Source of the DNA: a bacterium
GTDB taxonomy: Bacteria > Zhuqueibacterota > Zhuqueibacteria > Residuimicrobiales > Krinioviventaceae
Assembly: GCA_963674595.2 (NCBI GenBank)
Contig: CAXXFV010000023.1
Coordinates: 192,001 to 256,000, forward strand
Length of the DNA: 64,000 nucleotides
Reading direction: 5' to 3'
Shown here: positions 29,566 through 40,208 of the stretch, piece after piece
Layout: every line of letters begins with the position of its first letter
Numbering within the stretch: position 1 is the stretch's first letter
Position numbers and translations under genes: made by a program
Notes under the pieces: model-generated
The model's database searches: none
Told to the model about the DNA's origin: nothing
What the model saw: the letters and a program-made list of their open reading frames with translations, nothing else

Positions 29566-30484
29566 ATTGATTAAAATTGTTCCACCAGTTTAAAATCCGC
29601 AAAGCGATGAGGGTGTTTATTCGGCTGGGTTGACCTGCTTTTTCCAGTTCAAACCAGATTTTCCCGGGGTGGTTTTGCTGAAGCGGCCATCGGTTGTTTT
29701 TTTGTTTATGTTTTAAAAGATCAATCGCATCACAAAAACGTGGATCATAGGGATGGTTTATTTTTTGAAAATAATCAAGCGCTGTGTGTACATGATAATA
29801 CCAATGAGTCGGGTAGGAAAGTCGTGTCATACGGTTGCTGACAATTTCACCTGTTTTATGCGATTTGAACAACCGGTGTTTTAGCAGAAAACCATGCGCT
29901 CGTGATTGTATTTTTCTAATCCCGGGTATTTGTTCGGGATACAACTTTTCATACTCGTATAAACTTTCCAATACCAATAAAGTCGTATGAAAAGAGGCAT
30001 GAGTTGCTTTTCGGGGATATTGGCAATTCCATCCTCCATCCGGCATTTGTTGTTCTTTTAAATGAGAAAAAATATATTCCAGGTGTAAACCTGTCAGTTG
30101 AAAATAACAAAACATTGTCAGTGACATGGCTGTAACACATGTTTCCCCATCAGGATAATTTTTCCAATAACTGATGCTGCCGTTTGGCCTTAAACCTTTT
30201 TCCAGCAATATGTTGCAGGCTTTTAACGCCTGTTTGTTATGCTGTGGCAGGCCCAATCTTTTTAACAATAAAAGTGTATAATGTGTGGATGTCCATTTTG
30301 GGGAATACAGGCTATTTGCCCATGTTCCGTCTGCGGACTGACAGTCGACAAGTTTTTTACACCAGCCTTGTTGCTCTGTTTTTAACTGTTCTGTTTTATA
30401 ATAAGGATCATTTAACAGGTCTTTATAGACTTGCCACCGAACTGCCGGGTCACCCTGCAGCAGCCATTCAATGGTGTTCTCCAT
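29564..30484 (-). CDS. Prenyltransferase/squalene-cyclase-like alpha/alpha-barrel hypothetical protein
   Basis: WLLQGDPAVRWQ, QW-like motifs CQSADGTW and QQMPDGGWNC, SFHTT, PSRINTL.ALR. Confidence 0.7.
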   Translation of the reverse strand: MENTIEWLLQGDPAVRWQVYKDLLNDPYYKTEQLKTEQQGWCKKLVDCQSADGTWANSLYSPKWTSTHYTLLLLKRLGLPQHNKQALKACNILLEKGLRPNGSISYWKNYPDGETCVTAMSLTMFCYFQLTGLHLEYIFSHLKEQQMPDGGWNCQYPRKATHASFHTTLLVLESLYEYEKLYPEQIPGIRKIQSRAHGFLLKHRLFKSHKTGEIVSNRMTRLSYPTHWYYHVHTALDYFQKINHPYDPRFCDAIDLLKHKQKNNRWPLQQNHPGKIWFELEKAGQPSRINTLIALRILNWWNNFNQ

Positions 30485-30503
30485 TATATTTCCTCAAACA
30501 GAA

Positions 30504-31049
30504 TTAAAAATAACGAGGTGTTTTTGATTTGTACTGTTGATATAAAGCACCGTATTTATTTTCTAAAAAGAGTTCTTCTTTTTTAACCATGTGGTTAGTT
30601 GAAAATATCCATATAAACAAGAAAATTATATAGATAAAGTTAATCAGATTTATATCCCACCCCATCAGAAAAATGCCGGTAAAGAAGAAAAAACCACCGA
30701 CATACATCGGATTTCGGGAATGACTGTAAAGGCCTTTAGTTATAATTTCGCGTTCTGATGAGCGAAAAGACAAGATAGAAAACAGAGAAACCAGTACTCC
30801 TGCGAGAAAGATAATAATTCCTAATGGTAATAATGTACTGTTTTTCAGTGGCATAAAGAATGTGCAGATAAATAACAGCAAGGTCGGAACAAATCCAATC
30901 ATTATCATTTCAGTTTGTGTTGTTGTGGAACGCATTTCAGGGTCTTCAATTGGCTGGTTTCGTTTTTTGTTTGTCCGGGCCATTGTTAACCATATAAGAG
31001 CATAACCTGACAGGAAAAAAATCCACAAGTTTGAAAATAGTGATTTCAT
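30504..31049 (-). CDS. Isoprenylcysteine carboxyl methyltransferase (ICMT/PEMT)-family membrane protein
   Basis: ITKGLYSHSRNPMYVG...EELFLENKYG.Y..YK..TPRYF. Confidence 0.85.
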   Translation of the reverse strand: MKSLFSNLWIFFLSGYALIWLTMARTNKKRNQPIEDPEMRSTTTQTEMIMIGFVPTLLLFICTFFMPLKNSTLLPLGIIIFLAGVLVSLFSILSFRSSEREIITKGLYSHSRNPMYVGGFFFFTGIFLMGWDINLINFIYIIFLFIWIFSTNHMVKKEELFLENKYGALYQQYKSKTPRYF

Positions 31050-32482
31050 ACTTTTTTAACCTTCCAATTTCCTTTTTTAAACCATAGTGCCATTAAAATT
31101 CCTTTAGCGGCTGTTGTGATGGCTATTGCCCACCAAATACCGGTGCTGCCCATATTAAAATAATCAGCAAAAAGAAAAGCGAGAGGAATACGCGCCCATG
31201 TTATGGGAACAGATATTAACATGGGAGGTATTGAATTTCCGGCACCGCTAAAAGCCCCTTCAAATACAACTTCAAAACCAAGAAATAATTCAAACAGGGC
31301 AACGATCTTGAGATAGTTTGTGCCTTCTCTGATAACCGCAGGATCGTTAATAAAAAGTTGAATGATTTGCGAACTGAAAAAATAAAAAATGACGCAAATA
31401 ATACCTAAAAACAGACTGGTTATTCCAACTGTCTGCCAGGCCGCTTCTTCTGCCTGTTTGATTTTTTGTGCCCCCATATTTTGCCCGACAAGTGTTGCCG
31501 CAGCAAATGAAAATCCAACGGATATAAAATAAGCAATACCTTCAACTCTGTGACCAAGGCCCAGTGCTGCCAGGGGCTCAGCTCCGTATCTTGTTATTAC
31601 AAAGGTAAGGAACATATAACTAACGCTGAACATAATTCCGCTCAAAGCAATGGGAGCGCCGATTTTTGCAATTCGCCATATAAGATTGGGATTTATCAAA
31701 CGGCCTGGTGTTTTCTCAAGAGAGATATTGACGTTTCTTTTAGTGAGTAAAAATATACTCCAAAAAACAATGAGACCATGAGAAATAACCGTTGCCAGGG
31801 CTGCTCCGGCTGCATCCATTTGCGGAAAGGGTCCGATACCAAAAATAAGTAAAGGGTCCAGCAGCATATTAAAAGTGAGGGCTATTGAAATTATTTTCAA
31901 CGGTGTTTTTGTGTCACCCATACCACGAAAAGCAGCATCTGTGGCAAACGAAACCGTTATCGTAATGAGCCCGATCAGGATGTAGGTCATATAATCCAAT
32001 GCGGCTGTTAAAGATTCACCCTGTAATCCCATGAGTAAAAAGGTCTTTTTTTGCAGGATCAGGCCACCCAGCCCTAAAATAACTGCGAGAAAGATAGAAA
32101 AGAGGATTCCCTGTCCAACGACCTGACTGGCTTTTTTAATCATTTTTGCACCGACAAAACGGGCCACCATGGCATTAACGCCGGTGCTGACAAGTGTTGA
32201 AGCGGCTTCCAAAGCCCACAGAATAAAAGATGCTGCACTGACGCCGGCCAAAGCCTTTGAGCCCAGTTTCCCGACCCACCATGCATCAACAATGTTGAAC
32301 AACATGATAAAAAACATGGAAGCCGTGGCAGGACCGGCCAGTTTTAATATTGCCTTTGTAACCGGCATGGTCGTAAGATCTGGTGATTGTTCTTCGGCAG
32401 GTAATAAACTGCATCCTTCAGCAGAATTCCGCCAATCCAGCGGCGGAGGGTAATGTTCCGGGGACTTGGTATGGTCTGACAT
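31046..32482 (-). CDS. MATE-family transporter
   Basis: About 12 TM segments; NIVDAWWVGKLG, RGMGDTKTPL, NMLLDPLLIFG, GAALAT. Confidence 0.92.
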   Translation of the reverse strand: MSDHTKSPEHYPPPLDWRNSAEGCSLLPAEEQSPDLTTMPVTKAILKLAGPATASMFFIMLFNIVDAWWVGKLGSKALAGVSAASFILWALEAASTLVSTGVNAMVARFVGAKMIKKASQVVGQGILFSIFLAVILGLGGLILQKKTFLLMGLQGESLTAALDYMTYILIGLITITVSFATDAAFRGMGDTKTPLKIISIALTFNMLLDPLLIFGIGPFPQMDAAGAALATVISHGLIVFWSIFLLTKRNVNISLEKTPGRLINPNLIWRIAKIGAPIALSGIMFSVSYMFLTFVITRYGAEPLAALGLGHRVEGIAYFISVGFSFAAATLVGQNMGAQKIKQAEEAAWQTVGITSLFLGIICVIFYFFSSQIIQLFINDPAVIREGTNYLKIVALFELFLGFEVVFEGAFSGAGNSIPPMLISVPITWARIPLAFLFADYFNMGSTGIWWAIAITTAAKGILMALWFKKGNWKVKKV

Positions 32483-32708
32483 TTTTGAATATCCGGTAAT
32501 TTGTTAGGAAATAATATAAATAATAAAAATTGAAATACCAATACAGTTGTTTGTTTATTGATTTAATTTTTTATATTTAATCATAAATAATTCGACGTTC
32601 AAGTTTCAGGTTTTAATGATTGTCCGGATTTTTATGACTTTTATACGAAAATATTTAAATTAGTTACAGACAAGCCAAGTTATTGAACTTTTAATTAAAG
32701 GTACTAAC

Positions 32709-34643
32709 ATGCGTAAATTTGCCGGAATTCTCCTTTTCACCACTCTTGTATTTTCACCATGTTTCGCCATTGAACTGACATCACCAAATGGTCACATTCA
32801 GTTAATGTTTGAAATATCGGATATTGATGGTACAACAAAATGTCCGAATTACAGCATTTTTGTTAACAAGAACGAACTGGTTGCCCCATCAGGACTTGGA
32901 TTTGAACTTGCTGATGGCACGGATTTGACTCAAGATTTTGAGCTGGTGTCGGTAAATACATCGACGCATGATGAAACCTGGCGGCCCGTATATGGTGAGC
33001 GGGAGTTGATTCGGAACCATTATAATCAGATGACGGTTAAAATTGCTCGAAACACAGAACCGCAAACAATTATGGATTTGACTTTTCGCTGTTTTAATTC
33101 AGGTACCGCCTTTTGTTATACAATTCATAATGTCGGAACATCCAACGATGTGAATATAAAAGAGGAACGAACAGAGTTTCGGTTCCTGAAAGATCATACT
33201 GCCTGGACTACTGATGAAGCTCAAGATCCCTATCGTAAAACAACCATCAGCCGTGTCGGAAAGAACGCTGAACGGCCATTGACGATTCAAGCGGATTCAA
33301 CGGGTTATGCGGCTATTGCAGAAGCAAAGCTGGTGGATTATGCCCGAATGAAGCTGGCTGTTTCAGACAACGATTCATTATGTCTCTTGTCCACACTCGG
33401 CAGTCATGTCAATGCCGCGTTGCCGCTGACAACACCGTGGCGGGTGATTATGGTTGCCGACAGTCCCGGCCAATTGCTGGAACAAAACGATATAATTTTA
33501 AATTTGAATGATCCGTGCGCTATTGAAGATGTATCATGGATCAAACCGGGTAAAGTGATCCGGGAAACAACGCTGACAACAGACGGCGGCCTGGCTTGTG
33601 TGGATTTTGCTGTAAAACATAATTTGCAGTATGTAGAGTTTGACGCCGGGTGGTATGGTTTTGAACACGTTGACTCATCTGACGCGACCACAATTACAGT
33701 TGATGCAAAAAGGTCTGCCGGTCCGCTGGATTTACATCATATCATTCATTACGCTGCAAGTAAAAATATCGGAATTATTTTATATGTAAACCGGCGGGCA
33801 TTGGAAAGACAGCTTGATGAAATTCTCCCTTTATATCAAAAATGGGGTGTCAGTGGTGTAAAATATGGATTCGTACAGGTTGGTTCTCAAGAGTGGACGT
33901 CCTGGCTGCACATGGCCATACGCAAGGCGGCGGCGCATCGTCTGATGGTAGATGTTCATGATGAATACAGGCCGACAGGTTATTCCCGTACTTTTCCGAA
34001 TTTTATGACTCAGGAGGGAATACGTGGTGATGAGGAAAAACAAACCAATGATCTGGGGTTGACCACTCTCTTTACACGTCTGCTGGCCGGGGCAGGCGAT
34101 AATACAATTTGCTATTATAACAGTCGTGTGGACACCTATGCTACACATGCTTATCAGTTGGCCAAGACCGTGTGTTTCTACAGTCCCTGGCAATTTTTAT
34201 ACTGGTACGACCGGCCCCCATCATCCCGGGATAATAAAAGTGAGGCTCTCCCAAGCAATGTTATCGGGGATGAACCGGAACTTGAATTTTTTGATGCCGT
34301 GCCGACTGTTTGGGATGAAACCAGGGTGTTGGCTGCCGAGATAGGAAAATACGCTGTTATTGCCCGCCGTTCAGATAAGGAATGGTTTGTTGGCGCTATG
34401 AGCAGCGGACCCGAACGAATATTTACCTGCAATCTGGATTTTTTGAATAATGATGAGACATACCTTGCATCTATTTATAGCGACGACATGAATGCGGCAA
34501 CCCGAACTCATGTCAAAATAGAACGATTTTTGGTGAATCACAAAACAATGCTGAAAATGAATGTTTTGGAAAATGGTGGGTGTGCTGTTTACATTACACC
34601 TGCAAAGCCGGGCCTTGAAGGCGATTATCCGCTGTATGAATAA
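32709..34643 (+). CDS. Glycoside hydrolase family 97 (alpha-glucosidase/alpha-galactosidase)
   Basis: TPWRVI, WIKPGK, VEFDAGWY, VDVHDEYRPTG.SRT.PN..TQEGIRG.E, PTVWDET. Confidence 0.9.
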   Translation: MRKFAGILLFTTLVFSPCFAIELTSPNGHIQLMFEISDIDGTTKCPNYSIFVNKNELVAPSGLGFELADGTDLTQDFELVSVNTSTHDETWRPVYGERELIRNHYNQMTVKIARNTEPQTIMDLTFRCFNSGTAFCYTIHNVGTSNDVNIKEERTEFRFLKDHTAWTTDEAQDPYRKTTISRVGKNAERPLTIQADSTGYAAIAEAKLVDYARMKLAVSDNDSLCLLSTLGSHVNAALPLTTPWRVIMVADSPGQLLEQNDIILNLNDPCAIEDVSWIKPGKVIRETTLTTDGGLACVDFAVKHNLQYVEFDAGWYGFEHVDSSDATTITVDAKRSAGPLDLHHIIHYAASKNIGIILYVNRRALERQLDEILPLYQKWGVSGVKYGFVQVGSQEWTSWLHMAIRKAAAHRLMVDVHDEYRPTGYSRTFPNFMTQEGIRGDEEKQTNDLGLTTLFTRLLAGAGDNTICYYNSRVDTYATHAYQLAKTVCFYSPWQFLYWYDRPPSSRDNKSEALPSNVIGDEPELEFFDAVPTVWDETRVLAAEIGKYAVIARRSDKEWFVGAMSSGPERIFTCNLDFLNNDETYLASIYSDDMNAATRTHVKIERFLVNHKTMLKMNVLENGGCAVYITPAKPGLEGDYPLYE

Positions 34644-34661
34644 ATTTTGTTTTCAATTATT

Positions 34662-34693
34662 TTCGCTCCCAAGCTTTTTAGCCTGGGAGCGAA
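34662..34693. terminator. Hairpin between convergent GH97 and GH106
   Basis: TTCGCTCCCA...TGGGAGCGAA inverted repeat. Confidence 0.7.
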
Positions 34694-34706
34694 GCATTTG
34701 AATCTG

Positions 34707-37700
34707 CTACTCACTGAGCAGTGTAACCGGTCCCAAAAGTCCTGAGGGTATAAGGGGAGAGTCTTTTTTATAATATTTGTGGGTCGTGAATGTAAAACGT
34801 CCGCTGGTCCGTGGCGTGCCTTGCAGCAGCCAATCCGGCCATTTTCGGTCTTTAACGCCGTCATCGGGGAATTGTTCGTCACCAATAAGCCGGTTTGGCC
34901 AAAGATTTACGATCTCTATTTCCAGAACATTGTCCTTGTCCTTTATCACATCTGTAATATCCACCTGCCAAGGTGCTGTCCATAAAACACCCAGATCATG
35001 TCCATTCAAGATTATCTTTGCCAAATGTTTTACCTCGCCCACATCCAGAAACAATCCTTTATTTTGGTCAGGAGAATAGCTGTCAGGTAAATTAAATGTT
35101 TTGTTATAAACAGCTTTTCCGGAATAGTATTTTATACCCTGTTCCGGTCTTTGGGTCCAGTCTGCAAGCTGTTCAAATATAACATGTTCCGGGCCGCCCC
35201 ACTTGGGATCAAAAGAAACGTTCCAGGGACCTGTTAATTCAGCAATTTTTGTTTTTTGAGTAAAATTGGACTTTTTATCTGTTTCTGCTGTAACAGTTTT
35301 AATATTTTTATCAAAGACGATAAAAAAGCTCTGATAAGCATCAAATTCTAATGGAATGACGATGCGTTTTTCTTGTTGTTTGTATTCCGTCAAGGTCCGG
35401 ATTTCGCCGTTCAGAGGGTTCCATAATTCAGGCGTACCGTGATCAATTCTAAAAGTGCAACCGGCATTTACAGAATTTTCCGACTTGTTCGCCACAAAAT
35501 AAATGTCCATATTTTTGGTTTTTCGGTGTGCATAACGAATGGGGGCGGTTGATTCAAAATCCGGTTCCACAGCAAGCTGTTTTAAAATGGCTGACGTTGT
35601 GTTATAGGGCGGGAACAATGACCCTGGTTCCGGTTCGGAATATTCGCCTCCCCAATAAATGGTGCCTTTACCGTATTGTCGTTCCGATTTAGATTGCGGG
35701 ATGTCAAATGAATTCCATAGTTGTGTTGCTTTTGTTTGTACTATTTTATCGCATTCGGGATAGTTTACCAGGCTTGGGGATTTTTTAGGCGGATTACCGA
35801 CAATTCTGGCGCCTTGTTTCACCAGTGCATCCAGCTTGTCAACCAGTTCCGGTGTCATGGTTTCAACATGTGGTAATACTAAAAGTTGATAACTCGCACC
35901 ACCCGGGAAAACGATTTTGTTTTCTTTAACCGAGGCTTTTTCCATCAGCATTAACGGTGAACAACCGTCAAAATTATAACCTTTACGATCGGGTATGGTG
36001 TCGTTTTCAGTAATGGCTGATTTGGGCGGCAGAAAAACCTGGGGAGCGCCTTCGGGTGTTAAATACAAAACATCCGCAACCGTGTTTCCCTGCTGAAGCA
36101 TGTGAGAACAGCGGGAGATATATGTGTGGTATTCGGAAACCATTGGCCACCAGGTTTGCCCACGGTCCCAGTGCACACCATAAGGTCCCATGGTCATACC
36201 GGGACGCAGATTGTCGCCAAGGGGTTTGTGAGCAAAAGTGTGATACATAAACCGATTTATACCGACGGCAAACGCCCAGTCACCCTGATTTTTCATAGAG
36301 CCGGGATACTGTTTCCATGCTTCGTGATGGTCGGCGGTAAACGCTTCTGCCGCACACACCGGATTGCCGTTGATATGGGCAATCGATGAAGCTTCAAAAC
36401 AACTGAATGACGAATTGAATCCAAAGTTTTTGCTCCAGAATTCACACATGGGCACATCGGCCAGGGCACCGAGATCAAGGTCTGCGCAGGGATTCATATC
36501 ATAGGGCTCGATGGAAAGTCCGAATCCATATTGACGCCCAAGTTTTTTAATATGGCCGGCATGATTTTTCAGCACCAGTTCCTGGGCTGTCAACCGGATG
36601 TCCCAGAGAAACCGTTCACTTTTTTCCAGATCATCCACGATCATTCCGGTATAGGTCGGCAGGAACGGTAACGGATCATAACCGCGACGGTTTTGAAATT
36701 TTTGACGAAAATCCTCTGTCCAGTTTTGTGCTCCCATTTCCCAACTGTCCATGTGCAGCATGGTCCAGCCGCCGCCATTGGTACTGTCGCGGGAACCCAC
36801 TTTATTTATCAGCTTACCCACAAAATTATCAAAATGATCGTCAAAATCCTGAGCGCTAAATTTATTACATTCAAAACCGAGTCCCGGTTGCGGTGCCGGA
36901 CGCGTTACAGCGCCATTGTTGCGTGTTCCAAACCGCATTATAGTCCAGTTTCCGGCCGGAACGTCCCATTCAATGGACCCATCTGCTTTCAGGCTGTCCG
37001 TCAGATTAATGATGTCATTTGTTGAGATTACGGCTCCGGATTCCGGCTCTATATAATCAGCCGGCATAGCTAAAAACGGTTTGACTCCCGGTTGTGACGT
37101 ATAAGGTGCGCGATAATAAAGTGATTTTTCATCACTATCGTTTATTCTTTCATTTCCTTTGCGAGTCGGAAATGCCAGAACAAACTTGTCTTCGTAATAA
37201 GCCAGCCATTTCTCCTTTAATTCCTCGGTCAATGCCCCTTCTCCAAAAAATGGACGACGTGGCTGTGGAACAGGCAGCTTTTGGTGTATTTTTCCCGGTC
37301 CCTGAACAGTTACCAAACCTGCAACCAGATGCAGCATGGACTGTTCCGGTTTTACCCAGGGACCGCCGCTACCGCTCCAGCCCGGTCCAACGCCGAGTGT
37401 GATCTCTATACCCAGTCGTTCTGCTTCTCTTACGGCATGTACAAAAAGGTCCTGCCATTCTTCACTGAGGAAATCCACAGGCCCACGTGGAACGCCTACA
37501 TTTACTTCCAGAAATACCAAATGACCAAGGCCTGCTTTTTTCATGGATTCCAAATCCGCTGTCATACCTTCTTTGGAAAGGTTCCCATCCATAAAATACC
37601 AGTATACACCGGGCCTGGCAGAGTTTGGCGGATTTAAAAAATCAGCCTTTAATTGTTGTTTAAAATTTTTATTGCTATTAAAACAACCTGTTAATAATGT

Positions 37701-37787
37701 TGTGATAACGAGTAATAAAATTTTTCCTATTTTTAATATGTTTGGGTATTTAGGAAAAAGTAAAGGATGATTTTTAAAATTTTGCAT
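34707..37787 (-). CDS. Glycoside hydrolase family 106 alpha-L-rhamnosidase (lipoprotein)
   Basis: LTGC lipobox; PPNSARPGVYWYFMDGN, SGSGGPW, HMDSWE, AEAFT, WPNRLIGD, SGLLGPV. Confidence 0.9.
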   Translation of the reverse strand: MQNFKNHPLLFPKYPNILKIGKILLLVITTLLTGCFNSNKNFKQQLKADFLNPPNSARPGVYWYFMDGNLSKEGMTADLESMKKAGLGHLVFLEVNVGVPRGPVDFLSEEWQDLFVHAVREAERLGIEITLGVGPGWSGSGGPWVKPEQSMLHLVAGLVTVQGPGKIHQKLPVPQPRRPFFGEGALTEELKEKWLAYYEDKFVLAFPTRKGNERINDSDEKSLYYRAPYTSQPGVKPFLAMPADYIEPESGAVISTNDIINLTDSLKADGSIEWDVPAGNWTIMRFGTRNNGAVTRPAPQPGLGFECNKFSAQDFDDHFDNFVGKLINKVGSRDSTNGGGWTMLHMDSWEMGAQNWTEDFRQKFQNRRGYDPLPFLPTYTGMIVDDLEKSERFLWDIRLTAQELVLKNHAGHIKKLGRQYGFGLSIEPYDMNPCADLDLGALADVPMCEFWSKNFGFNSSFSCFEASSIAHINGNPVCAAEAFTADHHEAWKQYPGSMKNQGDWAFAVGINRFMYHTFAHKPLGDNLRPGMTMGPYGVHWDRGQTWWPMVSEYHTYISRCSHMLQQGNTVADVLYLTPEGAPQVFLPPKSAITENDTIPDRKGYNFDGCSPLMLMEKASVKENKIVFPGGASYQLLVLPHVETMTPELVDKLDALVKQGARIVGNPPKKSPSLVNYPECDKIVQTKATQLWNSFDIPQSKSERQYGKGTIYWGGEYSEPEPGSLFPPYNTTSAILKQLAVEPDFESTAPIRYAHRKTKNMDIYFVANKSENSVNAGCTFRIDHGTPELWNPLNGEIRTLTEYKQQEKRIVIPLEFDAYQSFFIVFDKNIKTVTAETDKKSNFTQKTKIAELTGPWNVSFDPKWGGPEHVIFEQLADWTQRPEQGIKYYSGKAVYNKTFNLPDSYSPDQNKGLFLDVGEVKHLAKIILNGHDLGVLWTAPWQVDITDVIKDKDNVLEIEIVNLWPNRLIGDEQFPDDGVKDRKWPDWLLQGTPRTSGRFTFTTHKYYKKDSPLIPSGLLGPVTLLSE

Positions 37788-37820
37788 TTGTTACTCCTGT
37801 TCCAAATAAATTAACAGAAA

Positions 37821-39395
37821 TTAATCCAAAAAATCTGCAAGGTCCAGCATGGCCTGAGCGTCACGAGTTGCACAGTTAATCCAGCCTGCTTTTTGTAGTC
37901 GTTCATTATACTCCCAATAGGTGGGATAGCGGCCCGTTTCTTTGTCCTGTGCTACTGTCATAGTATTTGCCAGTTCACAAGCTTTGGCTAAATACAGAAT
38001 ATCTCCTGATGCCTCGTAAGCCTTTTGAAAAACGGCAATCAATTTGGCGGCACTGGCGTCAATGGGCACATAATAGTGATATTGTTCCAATACACAGGGT
38101 GTAATCCATTGTTCTGTAGGCCATTTTTCCTGCGGCATGGGTCGTTCCCACACAACAAACTGGTCCTCGGCAAAACGAACTATTTCCTGTGCCAGGTCAA
38201 GATATTTCGGATATTGGTCCATGTGTTCAAATAAATGGATTGCAAATGAACAAGCCAGGTGTTTGCTCAGGTTTTTGTATCCTTGACTGGGTTCCACATC
38301 CTCAAATTGTCCTTCCCAGTTCCAGGTTTTAACCGGATTTTCCAAAATCCATTGAAAGGCCCGTTCCTGGCTCGCTTGATAAGTTGTAATACCATATTTT
38401 TTATATAAATGTTCATAAAGTGTTATCATATCCATCGGCATGGTGTAATTTTCATTGACAGCCGTCCCGTCGGACCGTAATTTTAAGCGCCAGGTCCCTT
38501 CCGGGAGTTGGAGTTTCAAATAGGTGTCGGCAATATGTTTGGCCGCCTCAAAATAGATTTTATTTTGGGTTCTGTCATATAGGTCCAGATAAATCACGGC
38601 GACTCTGGCCGGATAAATAAGCATAAACTGGTCTTTATATTGATCGGCCGTTCTTTCCGTTCCGACATAAGTCGGCGGGAAATATTCCAGAGGAGCGCCG
38701 GCCGGTTCACTAACACTGATGAGATAGTGAGCAGCTTGTTCGGCAATCTGTAACGCCCTTTCCGCATTTTCAGGAGAATATTTGGAATATAACACCATAC
38801 TTTTAATGACCGCCCCGATAATTTTTGTAGGATAACAATACAGATCATAGGATGTGTCCGGTTTGCCTGTGGTCAGCCAGTTTTGATAATGGTCTAAATC
38901 AAATAGATATTTTAAAGCACCTATGGCGCTCTCCTTATAAGGCAATACCGGTTCATGGTAACCACTTTTGAATACGGCTGCCCGGTAAAATTTCCGTGTG
39001 CCGGCCGGACCGATAATTTTCGATCCTGAAAGCGCTTCTACCTCTAAAGAAACAAATCCAACCGGTAACTGCTGCCAGATGGGTGACAGGTCTGATCGGG
39101 GATTTTTTGCCGTAAACTGATATTTTTGACTATCTGATGCAATGGCGGTAAACCGATAGGAATCTGCCCCGTCGATAACCGCAAAGTCAAAGGACGGTAC
39201 ATGGATAAACCTTTTGGCGTGGATATTCCAGAACGGCTGGTTTGGACCGCTGGGCCGAACCGGTATCATGGATTCTTTTTCAGCCATTTTTATCAATGTG
39301 TTTTTGTCCGGGAAATTTATTTCATTACCACAGGAAAGGACCATCAGGCCAACCAAAGCCAGAGAAAAAATATGCCGATAACGAACTGATTTCAT
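37821..39395 (-). CDS. Lipoprotein, probable (alpha/alpha)6-barrel carbohydrate-active enzyme of unassigned family
   Basis: VLSC lipobox; helical repeats EAAKHIADTYLKLQLPEGTW, WNWEGQFED, YLAKACELAN; co-oriented with GH106. Confidence 0.6.
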   Translation of the reverse strand: MKSVRYRHIFSLALVGLMVLSCGNEINFPDKNTLIKMAEKESMIPVRPSGPNQPFWNIHAKRFIHVPSFDFAVIDGADSYRFTAIASDSQKYQFTAKNPRSDLSPIWQQLPVGFVSLEVEALSGSKIIGPAGTRKFYRAAVFKSGYHEPVLPYKESAIGALKYLFDLDHYQNWLTTGKPDTSYDLYCYPTKIIGAVIKSMVLYSKYSPENAERALQIAEQAAHYLISVSEPAGAPLEYFPPTYVGTERTADQYKDQFMLIYPARVAVIYLDLYDRTQNKIYFEAAKHIADTYLKLQLPEGTWRLKLRSDGTAVNENYTMPMDMITLYEHLYKKYGITTYQASQERAFQWILENPVKTWNWEGQFEDVEPSQGYKNLSKHLACSFAIHLFEHMDQYPKYLDLAQEIVRFAEDQFVVWERPMPQEKWPTEQWITPCVLEQYHYYVPIDASAAKLIAVFQKAYEASGDILYLAKACELANTMTVAQDKETGRYPTYWEYNERLQKAGWINCATRDAQAMLDLADFLD

Positions 39396-39590
39396 TTATT
39401 ATCCTCATATAGATTTATATAATATACGGGAACTGTAATTATTCAGATAAAAGGGGAACAGATTGTAAAGGCCTGGTTCAAGCCATCGCTAATATAATAC
39501 AAGCATGTTGTAAAGTCAATATATGGCGGAAATATTTTGGATTTAAAAGATAGGTTTGTTGGAGGGACATAGAATATTTATTTATTTTGT

Positions 39591-39618
39591 GAGGAGACGC
39601 GATTTATTGCGTCTCCTC
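39591..39618. terminator. Hairpin (terminator or REP-like palindrome) downstream of 39643..40206
   Basis: GAGGAGACGCGA-TTTA-TTGCGTCTCCTC. Confidence 0.6.
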
Positions 39619-39642
39619 TGTAATATTTTGTTTTGAATTAGA

Positions 39643-40206
39643 TCAGGATACGGTTTGTTGTTCCGTAGCATGGCTGTATTTATCTGTAGCAGCGATGACT
39701 ATTTTATCTCCGGCTGTGTTTTCATTGGCCACTGTTGCCGTATATACCCAGTCGATTTTATTACGATCCTGAATTGCTTGCCCCTGTTCCACCATGGTCC
39801 CGTCATCGTTATAAATGCTGATATCGACGTTGACGACACTAAAGTTATCAGTACAGCGAATACGTATTATGTCTCCAACACTACCGGAATAACCGCTGAC
39901 GTCAATTTCATCGATATCCGGAGCCAGCATAAAATCAGCTACACTCACATTAAATGATGTTTTTAATCCTTTGCCCCTGGCCTCGTATTCAAATTTTGAA
40001 AGCTCGTCAAGTATCTGGTTTTTTCCGTAAACTATGGCCTGTTGAACCGGCAATTGATTTGCCTTTTTACTATTTGATTGTTCGGTTTTGCTTTCTTCAG
40101 GAGAAATCGGCATTATTGTATAACCGTCTCTTTGCCTGATAACAATTTGTTCTCCAAACATGCCGGTTGCGCCATGTAAAATAATGTTTTTAGCGATCTT
40201 TGCCAT
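39643..40206 (-). CDS. Conserved hypothetical protein (MAK..N...G..G....V.RQR.G.TI N-terminus, C-terminal Ig-like domain)
   Basis: Strong AGGAGGTG RBS; N-terminal motif resembles an FCB hypothetical family; no signal peptide. Confidence 0.7.
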   Translation of the reverse strand: MAKIAKNIILHGATGMFGEQIVIRQRDGYTIMPISPEESKTEQSNSKKANQLPVQQAIVYGKNQILDELSKFEYEARGKGLKTSFNVSVADFMLAPDIDEIDVSGYSGSVGDIIRIRCTDNFSVVNVDISIYNDDGTMVEQGQAIQDRNKIDWVYTATVANENTAGDKIVIAATDKYSHATEQQTVS

Positions 40207-40208
40207 GC

